From positions 5,606-69,605 of the forward strand of contig JBAZZY010000012.1 in NCBI GenBank assembly GCA_041658565.1: a stretch of DNA of 64,000 bases, given 5' to 3'. Source of the DNA: Actinomycetota bacterium (GTDB lineage: Bacteria > Actinomycetota > AC-67). The notes under the pieces were generated by a model. That model saw only the letters and a list, made by a program, of their open reading frames with translations, ran no database searches and was not told the origin of the DNA. The position numbers and the translations under genes were made by a program. This document shows, piece by piece, positions 27,575 through 37,957 of this stretch (the stretch's first letter is position 1; every line of letters begins with the position of its first letter).

Positions 27575-28441
27575 ATGCCTGAGCAACCGTGTGCCTTCCA
27601 TCCGACGCGTACGACCGGCGTGACTTGCACGCGCTGCGAGCGTCCGATCTGCCCTGAGGACATGCTCCCGGCGCCCGTCGGGTTTCTGTGCCCGGTGTGC
27701 TCGGGGAAGATGCGCGAAGGAGCGCTCGGTCACGCCGGCTACCGGGTGCGCGCGCGCGCCGAGCGCTGGCCGTTGCTTCGGATGCTCACCGGTGCGGAGG
27801 CGACGTCGGTCATCATCGGCGCCAACGTGCTGGTCTTTGTGCTGATGGTCTTGACCGGCGCGCCGACTTCGCCGCAAACGCTCTACGATTTCGGCGCGCT
27901 TCCGGGTCTCTTGCCGGCCTCGCAGTGGTGGCGGCTCCTGACTGCGACATTCGTTCACATCGGGCTGCTGCACATCGTGTTCAACATGTTCGCGCTCACG
28001 ATCTTCGGTGGGGCGATCGAGCACCGGTACGGGAAGGCCCGGTTCATCGCCCTGTACCTGGGCAGCGGAGTGCTCGGATCGGCATCGTCGCTCGCCTTCT
28101 CCAACGCGACGCTGAGCGCCGGAGCCTCGGGAGCGATTTACGGGATATTCGGCGCATGGCTCGCTCTGGCGATACGACACCGGTCGTCGCCGGCCATGGG
28201 CGGGCAGATTCGCAGTTGGGTGTTTCTCATCGGGATCAACCTGATGTTCAGCCGGGCAACGCCGGGAATCGACATGTGGGCGCACGTGGGCGGACTGGTG
28301 GGCGGGTTCGTGATCGGGATTTCGATGGAGCTGGCGACGCACGTCAAGGGGCGCGCGCGGCTGCCGCTTTCAGCCGCCGGATTCGTGGCGGTTGCCGTGG
28401 CGGCCTACGTGCTCGCGTCGGCGAACTTCGTGCGCGCGTAG
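27575..28441 (+). CDS. Rhomboid intramembrane serine protease with N-terminal B-box-like Zn finger
   Basis: CAFHP...CTRCERPIC..C, WWRLLTATFVH, HIVFNM, GASGA (Ser), AHVGG (His). Confidence 0.92.
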   Translation: MPEQPCAFHPTRTTGVTCTRCERPICPEDMLPAPVGFLCPVCSGKMREGALGHAGYRVRARAERWPLLRMLTGAEATSVIIGANVLVFVLMVLTGAPTSPQTLYDFGALPGLLPASQWWRLLTATFVHIGLLHIVFNMFALTIFGGAIEHRYGKARFIALYLGSGVLGSASSLAFSNATLSAGASGAIYGIFGAWLALAIRHRSSPAMGGQIRSWVFLIGINLMFSRATPGIDMWAHVGGLVGGFVIGISMELATHVKGRARLPLSAAGFVAVAVAAYVLASANFVRA

Positions 28442-28710
28442 GCGTCCGGGCCGTTTGCCGAGGCCTTTGTAGTCCATCTGAATCACCGGCAGGTGGGGTG
28501 GCTGTGCACTTGCCGTCTTACGGCCTTGGTCGTACTTTGAACTATTCCTCACGTTCTGCCGTTTTCGGCGGAACCGGGTCGAGAGCCACGGCTGCGCGTC
28601 GCCCGGACCGCCGGGGTGCGTTCACCGAGTCTTCTCGTCGAGCCGGTTCTTCCGGGGCGCACCGCGACACAACAATGAGGCTGGAGCCGAACGAAGGAAC
28701 GGGTGAGCAG

Positions 28711-29172
28711 ATGACGACGATTCTCGTTGAGGACAAAGAGCAGGCGAACCTGCTGTCGCTGATCCTCGAGACCGTGCTTGTTGAGGCACAAAAACTCGGA
28801 AGACGGTTGCCTTCAAAGGGCCGCATCGGAGTTAAGGCCGGTTCGATGGCCACGACGCTGGCGTTCTCGTCGAACGAGACGCGGATCATCTCGGGCGCGC
28901 GCCCACCGGTGCAAGCCAAGTTGTCGGCCCCGCTGTCGGTGTTGGCAGTGCTGGGGCGCGGCAAGTTTGCGACCGCGCTTCGCGGAGGCAAGGTCCGCTT
29001 CTCCGGGAACCTGTTGCTCCTGGGGCGCCTCGCGTTGGTTTTGCGTCCCGCAGGCATGGAAATGCCTCTCGGGCCTTCGTGTCCGGTGCGCGCGCGCGCT
29101 CTCAGGTGGTTGCGCCCGATCCTGAGCGCCTACAACAAAGTTCGCTACCGCAAGATCCGGGAGGTCAAGTAG
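28711..29172 (+). CDS. SCP2-like (sterol carrier) small protein
   Basis: ALRGGKVRFSGNLLLL motif typical of the SCP2 fold; start uncertain (in-frame ATG also at 28675). Confidence 0.55.
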   Translation: MTTILVEDKEQANLLSLILETVLVEAQKLGRRLPSKGRIGVKAGSMATTLAFSSNETRIISGARPPVQAKLSAPLSVLAVLGRGKFATALRGGKVRFSGNLLLLGRLALVLRPAGMEMPLGPSCPVRARALRWLRPILSAYNKVRYRKIREVK

Positions 29173-29174
29173 CC

Positions 29175-30605
29175 GTGGACGTTGATCGCATTGCAGCCGT
29201 ACTCGCCGGAATCGTTGGTCAGAACCGCGTCCTGACCGACCCACTCGTTTTGCGGGAGTTCTCGCGTGACGAGACCGAGAACGATCCAGGGAACGCCGAA
29301 ATCGTCGTCAAGCCGGTCAGCACTGCGCAGGTTCAAGACGTCGTGCGCCTCGCCGCGGCCGAGGGGATTCCGCTGATTCCCGTCGTCGCGCGCACGAACC
29401 TCGGCGGACTTGGGATTCCGACGCGCGGTGGAATAGTCGTCGACCTCAACGACATGGAAGCCGCCGAGATCGATCCGGTCAGCATGCACGCGATCATCGA
29501 GCCCGGCGTCACCTTCGGGAAGATGGCGAAACTGCTGGAGGCGCAGGCACCCGAACTTACGGTGTCGTACGCGCTGTCGCCGCCGGAAGCGAGCGTGCTC
29601 GCCAACTGCATTTTGGATGGACTCGGAAACCTGTCGCTTCCGCACGGCACCATGGCCGACCAGATTGCCGGCCTCGAGGTCGTCATGCCCGACGGTGAGA
29701 TCGTGCGCACCGGCTCTTGCGCCGTGATCTCATCCTCGTGGGTTTCGCGCGCGCCGATGCCCGACCTCACCGGTTTGTTCGTGAACTGGCAAGGTACAAC
29801 CGGCATCGTTACGAAGGTCTCGGTGTGCTTGTGGCCGGTACGTCCGTTGCGTTTGCGCCGCTTCATTCCGACGTTCGATCTGGGCGCGAGTTACGGACTC
29901 CTTCGCGATCTGGCGCGGACCGGATTGTTTGACGATCTCGGCGGGCTGACGTGGCCGGCGTCCAAGATGCTGTTCGGCGTGGGCCGTCCGCTGCATCGCG
30001 ACCCGGACGAGCCCGAGTTCTTCATCTACACCGACATGTCGGCGCACGACGAGTTCGAGATGGAAGCCAAGAGCCGCGTCGTGGCGCGCGTGATCGCGTC
30101 GCACCGCGGGCGCCTTGCGATGGAAGATCCGCTCGGAGTCGAGGACCTGACTTCGCTGGCTCCGTCATTCGCGAGGTTCGCCAACTTCCCGATGACGCTC
30201 GACTTCCTGACCGAGTTCGAGGGCCGCGGTCTGACGTGGATCGGAACTTACGGTCCGACCGGCGCGTGGGAAGAGGCGTCGGCCAAGGGCAGCGCGCTCA
30301 TGGTCAAGCACGGTTTCCCGCCGATGCTGGTGATCCGGCCGATGAAGGGCGGGCACTTCGGGGTGCTGCGCTTCATTACCGCGTTCTATCGCGACGACCC
30401 GCAAGAGGTCGAGCGCGTAAAGGCGATGAACGCTGAGGTTCTCGAGGTGTGCCTGGACACCGGGTTCATCCCCTACAAGACGCCGGCGTGGGTCTTCGAG
30501 CGACTGCGCAAGCAGATGGATCCCGGATACCTGCGTTTGTTGGAGCAAGTAAAGGGTTTGATCGATCCGGCGGGAATCATGAATCCTGGGCGGTTCGGCT
30601 TCTAG
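29175..30605 (+). CDS. FAD-binding oxidoreductase (FAD_binding_4 / VAO-PCMH superfamily)
   Basis: KP.STAQVQ, RTNLGGLG, EPGVT, GLEVVMPDGEIVRTG, GTTGIVT, DPAGIMNPG. Confidence 0.88.
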   Translation: MDVDRIAAVLAGIVGQNRVLTDPLVLREFSRDETENDPGNAEIVVKPVSTAQVQDVVRLAAAEGIPLIPVVARTNLGGLGIPTRGGIVVDLNDMEAAEIDPVSMHAIIEPGVTFGKMAKLLEAQAPELTVSYALSPPEASVLANCILDGLGNLSLPHGTMADQIAGLEVVMPDGEIVRTGSCAVISSSWVSRAPMPDLTGLFVNWQGTTGIVTKVSVCLWPVRPLRLRRFIPTFDLGASYGLLRDLARTGLFDDLGGLTWPASKMLFGVGRPLHRDPDEPEFFIYTDMSAHDEFEMEAKSRVVARVIASHRGRLAMEDPLGVEDLTSLAPSFARFANFPMTLDFLTEFEGRGLTWIGTYGPTGAWEEASAKGSALMVKHGFPPMLVIRPMKGGHFGVLRFITAFYRDDPQEVERVKAMNAEVLEVCLDTGFIPYKTPAWVFERLRKQMDPGYLRLLEQVKGLIDPAGIMNPGRFGF

Positions 30606-30638
30606 CCGCGCCGCGAGGAGCGGATCGGGGGGCTTCGG

Positions 30639-32177
30639 GTGAGGAAGCGAGTGAGTTTGAGTAGCGGGCGCGCGCCTGCAGTGTTCGCCGTCGTTGTGGC
30701 GCTGGCTGTTTCGGCGTGGACGCCGCCGGGCGTCGCGCAACTCAGTACCACCCCGACGCACGGCTACCTCACCGACCTGTTCGATATCGGGTGGCGGCGA
30801 GCGGGGTCGCCGTCGGCGGCCGCTGCCGCGGTGTACATCAAAGATCACCTGGAGCCGCTTGGATACCAGACCGAGGTGCAGGAGTTCGAGTTCCCGTACT
30901 TCGAAGTGACGGAGAAGTCCCTGACGCTGGACGGTGCCCGGTACGAGATCGACGAGATCATGTATTCAGGATCCACGACGGCCGGGGGCATCACCGCCGA
31001 AGTGGTCGAGTTGGATTCCGCGGACATCGCAGGAAAGATCGCCCTAATCCCGTTCCCACAAGCAAACCCGGGTTGGAAGAACCTTTCCAACACCCTGAAG
31101 TCGGACTACGCGCGTGCGGTGGCTGAGGGAGCAGTCGCGGTTATCGCGGAGGCTCCCGATCGTCTCTACGCGGCGTCGGTGTCCAAGGCCACCTGGACTC
31201 CCGGCGCGATCCCAGGAGTTGTCGCGCTGGGCGCGCGCGCGCTGATCGGCAAAGAGCCGACGTTGGTGTTGCGATCGAAGGTCGTTTCCGGAATCGGGCG
31301 CAACGTTGTGGCTCATCGCGCCGGCGCCGGCGCCGAGACAATCCTGGTGCTTGCTCACTATGACGCTTGGTTCGGCGGCGCCGCGGACAACGCGAGTGGG
31401 ACGGCCGCGCTGTTGCGCGCGGCGGAGTTGCTCTCCGAGGATCCGCTGCAGCGCGGCGTCACGTTCCTCGCGGTAGATGGTGAGGAGTTGGGACTCCTTG
31501 GATCGCAGGCCTTTATCGCAGACCGCGACCTGTCTGAGATCGTCGGCGTCGTGAACCTCGACATGGTTTCGGCTAAGCCGAGCGACGTCTACGAAGACGC
31601 GCCCGGGTTCCAGTGGCGGGTCGTGATGACCAGCGAGACGCCGCCGCTGATGGCTTCGGCGGAGGCGAATGCCGCGCTGAACCAGGTCGTACACGGGCCG
31701 CTGTCGGCCACGTTGTGGGAGGACGGGTACGGGGCGTTTCGCACCGACTACGAGTGGTTCTACTACCAAGGGGTTCCGGGGACTTGGGTAATCAGCGAAG
31801 CCGCGTACTACCACACCACCGAGGACAAACCCGATCACGTTGATCCGGCCGACCTCGAGAACGTTTCGCACATGGTGGCCGGCGTGGTTCGCGACATGCA
31901 GACGATGCTGCTTCCGAGAGTGACGCACCTGGACGTCGATGCGCGGATGGACGCCGGCACCGTGACGGCGACGGTGGGTCTCGCCGGCCGGCCTAGAGAC
32001 GGTGCGACGGTCACCGTTGTCGGGTACCGCGGCCGGGCCGAGGTATCCCGCTCACAGGTGACTGCCGGGGAAGCGGGGACATACACGGCGGAGCTGCCGC
32101 CGAACGCTGAGTACGTGCGTGTGCATGCCGCCTGGAACACGCTCGACGGCGAGGCCTGGCTCCCGGTGGGGGACTGA
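30639..32177 (+). CDS. Secreted PA-domain M28 peptidase
   Basis: Signal peptide; AHYD, GAADNASG, GEELG, NLDM, YHT Zn ligands; C-terminal beta domain. Confidence 0.87.
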   Translation: MRKRVSLSSGRAPAVFAVVVALAVSAWTPPGVAQLSTTPTHGYLTDLFDIGWRRAGSPSAAAAAVYIKDHLEPLGYQTEVQEFEFPYFEVTEKSLTLDGARYEIDEIMYSGSTTAGGITAEVVELDSADIAGKIALIPFPQANPGWKNLSNTLKSDYARAVAEGAVAVIAEAPDRLYAASVSKATWTPGAIPGVVALGARALIGKEPTLVLRSKVVSGIGRNVVAHRAGAGAETILVLAHYDAWFGGAADNASGTAALLRAAELLSEDPLQRGVTFLAVDGEELGLLGSQAFIADRDLSEIVGVVNLDMVSAKPSDVYEDAPGFQWRVVMTSETPPLMASAEANAALNQVVHGPLSATLWEDGYGAFRTDYEWFYYQGVPGTWVISEAAYYHTTEDKPDHVDPADLENVSHMVAGVVRDMQTMLLPRVTHLDVDARMDAGTVTATVGLAGRPRDGATVTVVGYRGRAEVSRSQVTAGEAGTYTAELPPNAEYVRVHAAWNTLDGEAWLPVGD

Positions 32178-32212
32178 GGCGCGATGACCGTGCGACGAAG
32201 GAGTGAGGGCGA

Positions 32213-33709
32213 ATGACCGGAATGAAGATGCCGGGCGCGCGCGGCGTTGGGGCGCGCGCGGCGGCGGCGGCGCTCGCGCTTGCGGCGCTCCTGGCCGCAT
32301 GCGGAAAGCCCGCCGCAGACAACCCGGGGGCGATCGGCTCCGACACTCCGATCGGGTCGGGGTCCGCGACCGCCGGCCCTTCGGCGGGGACTTCGGGCGT
32401 GCCGTCGGCGTCGACCTCCTCCGGCACAGGCGGTTCGCGAAAGACCGGGACTCCGACTGCGAAGCCGACGTTCGGCAAGGACCCCAAGAGCGGGCGTGTC
32501 CTGACGGCGACCGATCGCGGCGTGACCAAGGACAGCATCAAACTGGCGTGGTTCGAGGTCGAGAAGGCGGAGCGTCAGCTCGGCGCCAGTATCGGTATGT
32601 CCTGGGCCGCGACGTTGCAGGAGCCCATGGTCTACGTCCAGCCTTTCGTAGACGAGATCAATTCCAGGGGCGGCATAAACGGGCGCAAACTGAACGTGGA
32701 GCTGATCGAGTACCAGACGGTTTCGTTCGACGACATGCAGGCTGCGTGCGTGCGAGCGGCCGAGGACATGAAGGTGTTCGGAGCGATCACCGGCGTTGGG
32801 TTCTGGGGCGACGGCGAGGTATGCCTCGGGACCAAGCAGATCCCGACGCTTACCTACAACTCCGCGTCGGCCGACCAGCTGTATCGCAGGGAAAAGGGCT
32901 GGGTCCGCGAGACGTTGATGAACAAGGACCGGGTCGTCAAGAACTTGATCGACTGGCTCGTGGCGAGCAAGACGGCAACGCCGTCTATGCGTGTCGGCGT
33001 GCCCTATCTGGAGACGCCCGAGTACAAACAGGTCGTCGAGAAGGTGGTGCTGCCGTACCTCAAGCAGAAGGGATTGAACGTGGTTCAGAAGGCCACGTTC
33101 TCGACCAGCTACGACGAGACGCCCCGGCAAGCGGCGAGCGCCGTGCTGCTCTTTAAGCAGTCGGATGTCAACTTCGTGTTTCCGGCGCTGACTTGGTGGG
33201 AGATGTATCACTTCACCAACCAGGCGCAGGCCCAGAGCTACAAGCCGAAGTACACGACGTCGGACTTCGGTGAGTTGGCGAAGGACCCGCCTGCGTCGAT
33301 CTTCGCGCCCGAGCAGTGGGACGGGACCACCGGGATCGCGGTGACGCGAACCGGCGAGCTGGCCGCCGGCAAGCCCCGCACCGCGCAGCAAAAGGAGTGC
33401 GAGTCGGTCTTCACCTCGCGAGGGGGCAGTATCCAAAACGCCTCCGACCGCGATTACGTGTGGATTGTGTGCGAGCACTTGCGCTTGTTCGAGATAGCAG
33501 CGAGTGCCGCGGGTCCGAACCTCACTCGGCAGCGCTATCTCGACGCGCTCGACGCACTTGGGAGCTACACCGACCGCACCGCGCTCTCGGACACGCTGAA
33601 GTTCGGCAAGGGGAAGTGGGACGCTGCCGATCGCTATGCGGTCGTCAAGTGGCACGCCTCCTGTAAGTGCTACCACCAGATCGAAGGCTTCCGGACCGGC
33701 CGTTGGTAG
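32213..33709 (+). CDS. ABC substrate-binding lipoprotein (Liv type)
   Basis: Lipobox LLAAC; DRGVTKDSIK, INSRGGINGRK. Confidence 0.87.
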   Translation: MTGMKMPGARGVGARAAAAALALAALLAACGKPAADNPGAIGSDTPIGSGSATAGPSAGTSGVPSASTSSGTGGSRKTGTPTAKPTFGKDPKSGRVLTATDRGVTKDSIKLAWFEVEKAERQLGASIGMSWAATLQEPMVYVQPFVDEINSRGGINGRKLNVELIEYQTVSFDDMQAACVRAAEDMKVFGAITGVGFWGDGEVCLGTKQIPTLTYNSASADQLYRREKGWVRETLMNKDRVVKNLIDWLVASKTATPSMRVGVPYLETPEYKQVVEKVVLPYLKQKGLNVVQKATFSTSYDETPRQAASAVLLFKQSDVNFVFPALTWWEMYHFTNQAQAQSYKPKYTTSDFGELAKDPPASIFAPEQWDGTTGIAVTRTGELAAGKPRTAQQKECESVFTSRGGSIQNASDRDYVWIVCEHLRLFEIAASAAGPNLTRQRYLDALDALGSYTDRTALSDTLKFGKGKWDAADRYAVVKWHASCKCYHQIEGFRTGRW

Positions 33710-33713
33710 GCGG

Positions 33714-34511
33714 ATGAACCGCGGCCCTGCTTCCTTCTCGCAGGCCGGTCCTGCGCCGCTTCTGGAGGTGCAGGGTCTGCACTTTCGCTACGGCAGCGTC
33801 GAGGTCTTGTTCGGCATCGACATCGAGGTCGCGCCCGGCGAAGCCGTCGCGCTCTTGGGCACAAATGGGGCCGGAAAGTCGACGCTGCTGAGGGCGATCT
33901 CCGGTCTCGATCTTCCCTCTGCCGGCAGGGTGTTGTTCAACGGCTTGGACGTGACCGGGATTCCGGCGGAACGCCGTGTGCGCCGCGGAATCGCGCACGT
34001 TCCCGGTGGACGCGGGGTTTTTCCGTCGTTGACGGTGCTTGAGAATCTGCGCACCGGCGCGTACTCGCTGGGACGGTGCCGCTGTCCGATCGAGGAGAGC
34101 ATTGAGCGCGTGTTCTCGGTCTTTGGCGAACTCGCCGAGCGACGGAGCCAGCGCGCCGGTACGCTGTCGGGGGGCCAGCAGCAGATGCTGGCGCTCGGGC
34201 GGGCATTCCTTACCGAGCCGAAACTAGTGATGATCGATGAGTTGACGCTCGGGCTTGCGCCCTCGGTCGTCGAGCGCCTGGCTGAAGCGCTGCGGGTGTT
34301 TCAGCAGTCCGGGGTGAGTCTGCTGTTGGTTGAGCAGTCGGTGAACGTGGCTTTGGCGCTGTGCGAACGTGCGTACTTTCTGGAGCGCGGACAAGTGACG
34401 TTCTCGGGCCGAACTCGCGAGTTGTTGGAACGCCCCGACATCGTGCGCTCGGTGTTCCTGGAAGGCGCGCGCTCGGCGTTGTCGTCGGCGGTCGAGGAGC
34501 CCGGATCGTGA
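33714..34511 (+). CDS. livF: ABC ATPase (LivF-like)
   Basis: GTNGAGKS, LSGGQQQ, IDELTLGLAP. Confidence 0.9.
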   Translation: MNRGPASFSQAGPAPLLEVQGLHFRYGSVEVLFGIDIEVAPGEAVALLGTNGAGKSTLLRAISGLDLPSAGRVLFNGLDVTGIPAERRVRRGIAHVPGGRGVFPSLTVLENLRTGAYSLGRCRCPIEESIERVFSVFGELAERRSQRAGTLSGGQQQMLALGRAFLTEPKLVMIDELTLGLAPSVVERLAEALRVFQQSGVSLLLVEQSVNVALALCERAYFLERGQVTFSGRTRELLERPDIVRSVFLEGARSALSSAVEEPGS

Positions 34512-37234
34512 GCGAGTTCTTGCCGCTCTCCGTCCTGACGCTTGGCCTCGTCGTCGGGTTGGCGTACGCGGCGCTGGCGATGGGCATCGTGCTGACCTAC
34601 AAGTCGAGCCGGGTGGTGAACTTCGCTCACGGCGAGGTCGGTGCGCTGGCGGCGGCGGTTCTTGCGCTGCTCGTCAACGACCACAAGGTTCCGTTCGGCG
34701 TCGCGCTCGTAGTGGCGGTTGCGATTGCGGTCGCGTTGGGCGTGGGTTCCGAGCGTCTGGTCGTGCGCCGGCTTGCGAAGGCTCCGCGAGTGATCGTGCT
34801 CGTCGCGACGCTGGGGCTGACGCAGTTGTTCTTGTTCGGGACGCTGTTCACGACTGGGGCGATTCAGAACAAGGGTCCGGGCTTTCCGCTGGCGTTTCGC
34901 TTTCACGTCGACGTAGGTGTGCTGGTTCTGAACGCGAGTCATCTGCTGATCCTTGTGTTGGTTCCTTTGGCAGCGATCGTGCTGGCGCTGTTCTTCCGCT
35001 TCACGCGGCTGGGGGTCGCGGTGCGCGCATCGGCTGAGAACGTGGACTCCGCGCGCCTCGCAGGCATCAACGTAGGCCGTGTTTCCGGTGTGGTATGGGC
35101 GATCGCGGCGGGATTTTCGGCGCTCACGGGGATCCTGCTTGGGCCGGGGAAGTCACTGTTGGCGTCGGAGTCGATGGGCCCGGGTCTGTTGTTGCGCGCG
35201 CTGGCCGCCGCGGTGATTGGGAAGATGACGAGCCTGCCGCGCGCCTTCGCCGCCGCGGTTGGAATCGGAGTCATCGAGCAGGTGCTGTACTTCAATCGCC
35301 CGATGTCGGGAGAGGTCGAGGTCGTGCTGTTCGCGATCGTGCTGGGTGGCTTGCTGATGCAGTCGCGGGGCGGTCTGCGCGATCAGGAAACATCCTCGTG
35401 GGTGTTCACGAGCGTGTCGCGATCTTCGGGCGCGCGCCGGTTCGGGTGGGTCGCGGGCGTGGGGGCTCTTGCTGTTGCGGCTGCCGCTCCGGCGGTGCTG
35501 AATAACTCGCAAACATTCCTGGCGACCACGATCCTTGTGTTCGCGATGGTCGCGCTGTCGGTCACGTTGCTGACCGGATACGCCGGGCAAATCTCACTCG
35601 GGCAGTTCGCGTTCGTCGGGCTGGGGGCGGCGGTGTCCTTTCGCTTGATGGACTCCGCGCACGTGCCGTTCCCGGTGGCGGTCTTGCTTGCCGCCGCGGC
35701 CGGCGGGGCGGCGTCCGGGCTCATCGGGATTCCGGCGCTGCGCGTGCGCGGCCTCCAACTCGGAGTCGCGACGCTGGCGTTCGCGTTGGTAACCCAGGCG
35801 TGGCTGCTCGGCCAGAATTGGCTGTCGGGATCGGGCGTTGTTGCGCCGCGTCCGGCGATCGGGTCGTTCGTCTTCGACACTGAAAAGCGGTACTACTTCC
35901 TCGTTCTCGGCACACTCGTGCTGTCGGTCTTGGCGGTGCGCAACCTGACTCGAAGCGGCGTCGGGCGTCGGCTGGTTGCCGTTCGCGACAATGAAGTCGG
36001 CGCTGCGTCCTTCGCGGTGTCCCCGGTGCGCGCGAAGCTCACCGCGTTCATCGCGTCCGGCACGCTGGCGGCGCTCGCCGGTGCCATGTACGGACACTGC
36101 GTCCGGCACTTCTCCCCCGAGACGTTTCATGCGAGCGAAAGTCTGCGGGTGGTGGCCATCGCGGTGATTGGAGGGCTGGGGTCGATCCCCGGCGCCATAG
36201 CCGGCGCGGTTGCGGTCGTCGGAATCGAGCGGCTGGTGAAGGTCGCCTACCTCGGGTTCCTCACGACATCGGTGGGCTTGCTCGGGCTGTTGCTGTTCAT
36301 GCCGCGCGGCCTTGCCGGCATCGGCGACGCGTTGCGCAACGGATTGCTCCGCCGGTTCGGCCCGCCGGAGGGTGCGACCCAGACGGTTGCCGCGCCGCTC
36401 GACGTTGTCCTGTCGGCAGCGCCGGCGCCGTCCTCGCGCGCAGAGACGGTCGGCGCGCGCGCATTGCGGGTTTCTGGAATGGACCTTGCCTTCGGAGGAG
36501 TTACGGCGCTGTCCGGCGTGGGGTTGTCGGTCGCCGCCGGCGAGGTCGTCGGGATCATCGGCCCCAACGGCGCGGGTAAGACGACGTTGTTCGACTGCAT
36601 TTGCGGGCACGTGCGCCCCGACGCGGGTCGGGTCGTGCTGGCCGGGCGTGATGTCACGTCGCTCGCGCCGCACGCGCGCGCCGCGTTGGGGTTGGTTCGC
36701 TCGTTCCAGGACGTGCGCCTGTTTCCCGGGCTCACCGTGATGGACACTTTGCGCTTGGCGCAGGAGAAGCACTGCGCAACCAACTTCGGCGGCGCCGTGC
36801 TGTCGTCACCGGCCGCGCGCGCCGAGGAGCGCCGAAAGAGCCGAAAAGCGGTCGAATTGTTGGAGTTGATGGGGCTCGGAACCTATCGCGACAAGTTGAT
36901 CTCGGAGTTGTCCACCGGGACGCGCCGCGTCGTGGAACTCGGATGCATGCTGGCGCTCGAGCCCAGCGTGTTGTTGCTCGATGAACCGAGTGCGGGGATC
37001 GCGCAGAAAGAGGTGGAGTCTCTCGGCGATCTGCTCGCCTCTATCCGGCGGATAACCGGGACCACGATGCTGGTGATCGAACACGACATACCGCTGATCG
37101 CCGCGATGTCCGACCGGCTCGTCGCGATGGAGTCCGGACGCGTTTTGTGCGAAGGGCTCCCCGACACGGTCCTTCGTGATGCTCGGGTTGTTGCCTCTTA
37201 CCTGGGGTCGGCCGGTGTCGCCGTCGGCAGGTGA
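34508..37234 (+). CDS. Fused ABC transporter LivH-LivM-LivG (about 908 aa)
   Basis: TYKSSRVVNFAHG (LivH), GYAGQISLGQ (LivM), GPNGAGKT and LLLDEP (LivG) in one frame. Confidence 0.88.
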   Translation: MSEFLPLSVLTLGLVVGLAYAALAMGIVLTYKSSRVVNFAHGEVGALAAAVLALLVNDHKVPFGVALVVAVAIAVALGVGSERLVVRRLAKAPRVIVLVATLGLTQLFLFGTLFTTGAIQNKGPGFPLAFRFHVDVGVLVLNASHLLILVLVPLAAIVLALFFRFTRLGVAVRASAENVDSARLAGINVGRVSGVVWAIAAGFSALTGILLGPGKSLLASESMGPGLLLRALAAAVIGKMTSLPRAFAAAVGIGVIEQVLYFNRPMSGEVEVVLFAIVLGGLLMQSRGGLRDQETSSWVFTSVSRSSGARRFGWVAGVGALAVAAAAPAVLNNSQTFLATTILVFAMVALSVTLLTGYAGQISLGQFAFVGLGAAVSFRLMDSAHVPFPVAVLLAAAAGGAASGLIGIPALRVRGLQLGVATLAFALVTQAWLLGQNWLSGSGVVAPRPAIGSFVFDTEKRYYFLVLGTLVLSVLAVRNLTRSGVGRRLVAVRDNEVGAASFAVSPVRAKLTAFIASGTLAALAGAMYGHCVRHFSPETFHASESLRVVAIAVIGGLGSIPGAIAGAVAVVGIERLVKVAYLGFLTTSVGLLGLLLFMPRGLAGIGDALRNGLLRRFGPPEGATQTVAAPLDVVLSAAPAPSSRAETVGARALRVSGMDLAFGGVTALSGVGLSVAAGEVVGIIGPNGAGKTTLFDCICGHVRPDAGRVVLAGRDVTSLAPHARAALGLVRSFQDVRLFPGLTVMDTLRLAQEKHCATNFGGAVLSSPAARAEERRKSRKAVELLELMGLGTYRDKLISELSTGTRRVVELGCMLALEPSVLLLDEPSAGIAQKEVESLGDLLASIRRITGTTMLVIEHDIPLIAAMSDRLVAMESGRVLCEGLPDTVLRDARVVASYLGSAGVAVGR

Positions 37235-37250
37235 CGCGGTGAGCTTTGGC

Positions 37251-37871
37251 TCACGCGTCGCCGGGTACCGCGACGATCTCGCGCCAGACGCCGCTGCGTC
37301 GAACCTCGATGATGCGCAGTCCTGCCGCCGCGACGTTGTCCTCCGTTCTGCGGTTGGCGCTGTAGCCGAACAGGCGGCGGGTGAGGATGCTGATCAGATC
37401 GACCATCGCGCCGAGGATCGGGTTTGCGGGGCGCACGTGCTCCAGCAGCAGGACTTGCCCGCCGGGACGCAGGACGCGCCTCAATTCGCGGAGCCCTGTA
37501 ACGGGGTCGGGCACCGAGCAGAACACACACGTTGCGGTTGCGGTGTCGAAGGACGCGTCGGGGAACGGCAAGCGTTGCACGTCGGCGAGTTCGAGGTGCG
37601 CCGCGCGCCCGGACGTGGCCGCGCGCTTGGCTGCGCGCGCCAGCATTCGTGCCGACACGTCGATGCCGACGACCGAGACCTGCGGCGGGTAGGCGTCGAA
37701 GTTCCGTCCGGTGCCGACGCCGGCCTCCAGCGTCACGCCGCGCGCGCGCGCGAACAGGCGACGCCGCATTCGCATGACGCCGAACCACTCCATCGGGCTG
37801 TTGATGAAGTCGTACACGCCGGCGTTGCGATCGTACCGGCGCGCGGTCCTTTCCATTTCGCGTCCATTCAT
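37251..37871 (-). CDS. Class I SAM-dependent methyltransferase
   Basis: LEAGVGTG, GIDVS, ADVQRLPFPDASFD, ELRRVLRPGG. Confidence 0.88.
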   Translation of the reverse strand: MNGREMERTARRYDRNAGVYDFINSPMEWFGVMRMRRRLFARARGVTLEAGVGTGRNFDAYPPQVSVVGIDVSARMLARAAKRAATSGRAAHLELADVQRLPFPDASFDTATATCVFCSVPDPVTGLRELRRVLRPGGQVLLLEHVRPANPILGAMVDLISILTRRLFGYSANRRTEDNVAAAGLRIIEVRRSGVWREIVAVPGDA

Positions 37872-37957
37872 GTCCGCCCCGCTCCCGTTGGGTCGCTGCA
37901 CACCGTAGCCGTTTCCGTCACCCGCGTGAAGAAGCCTTGCGCTCTCGCAGGTGTGCG

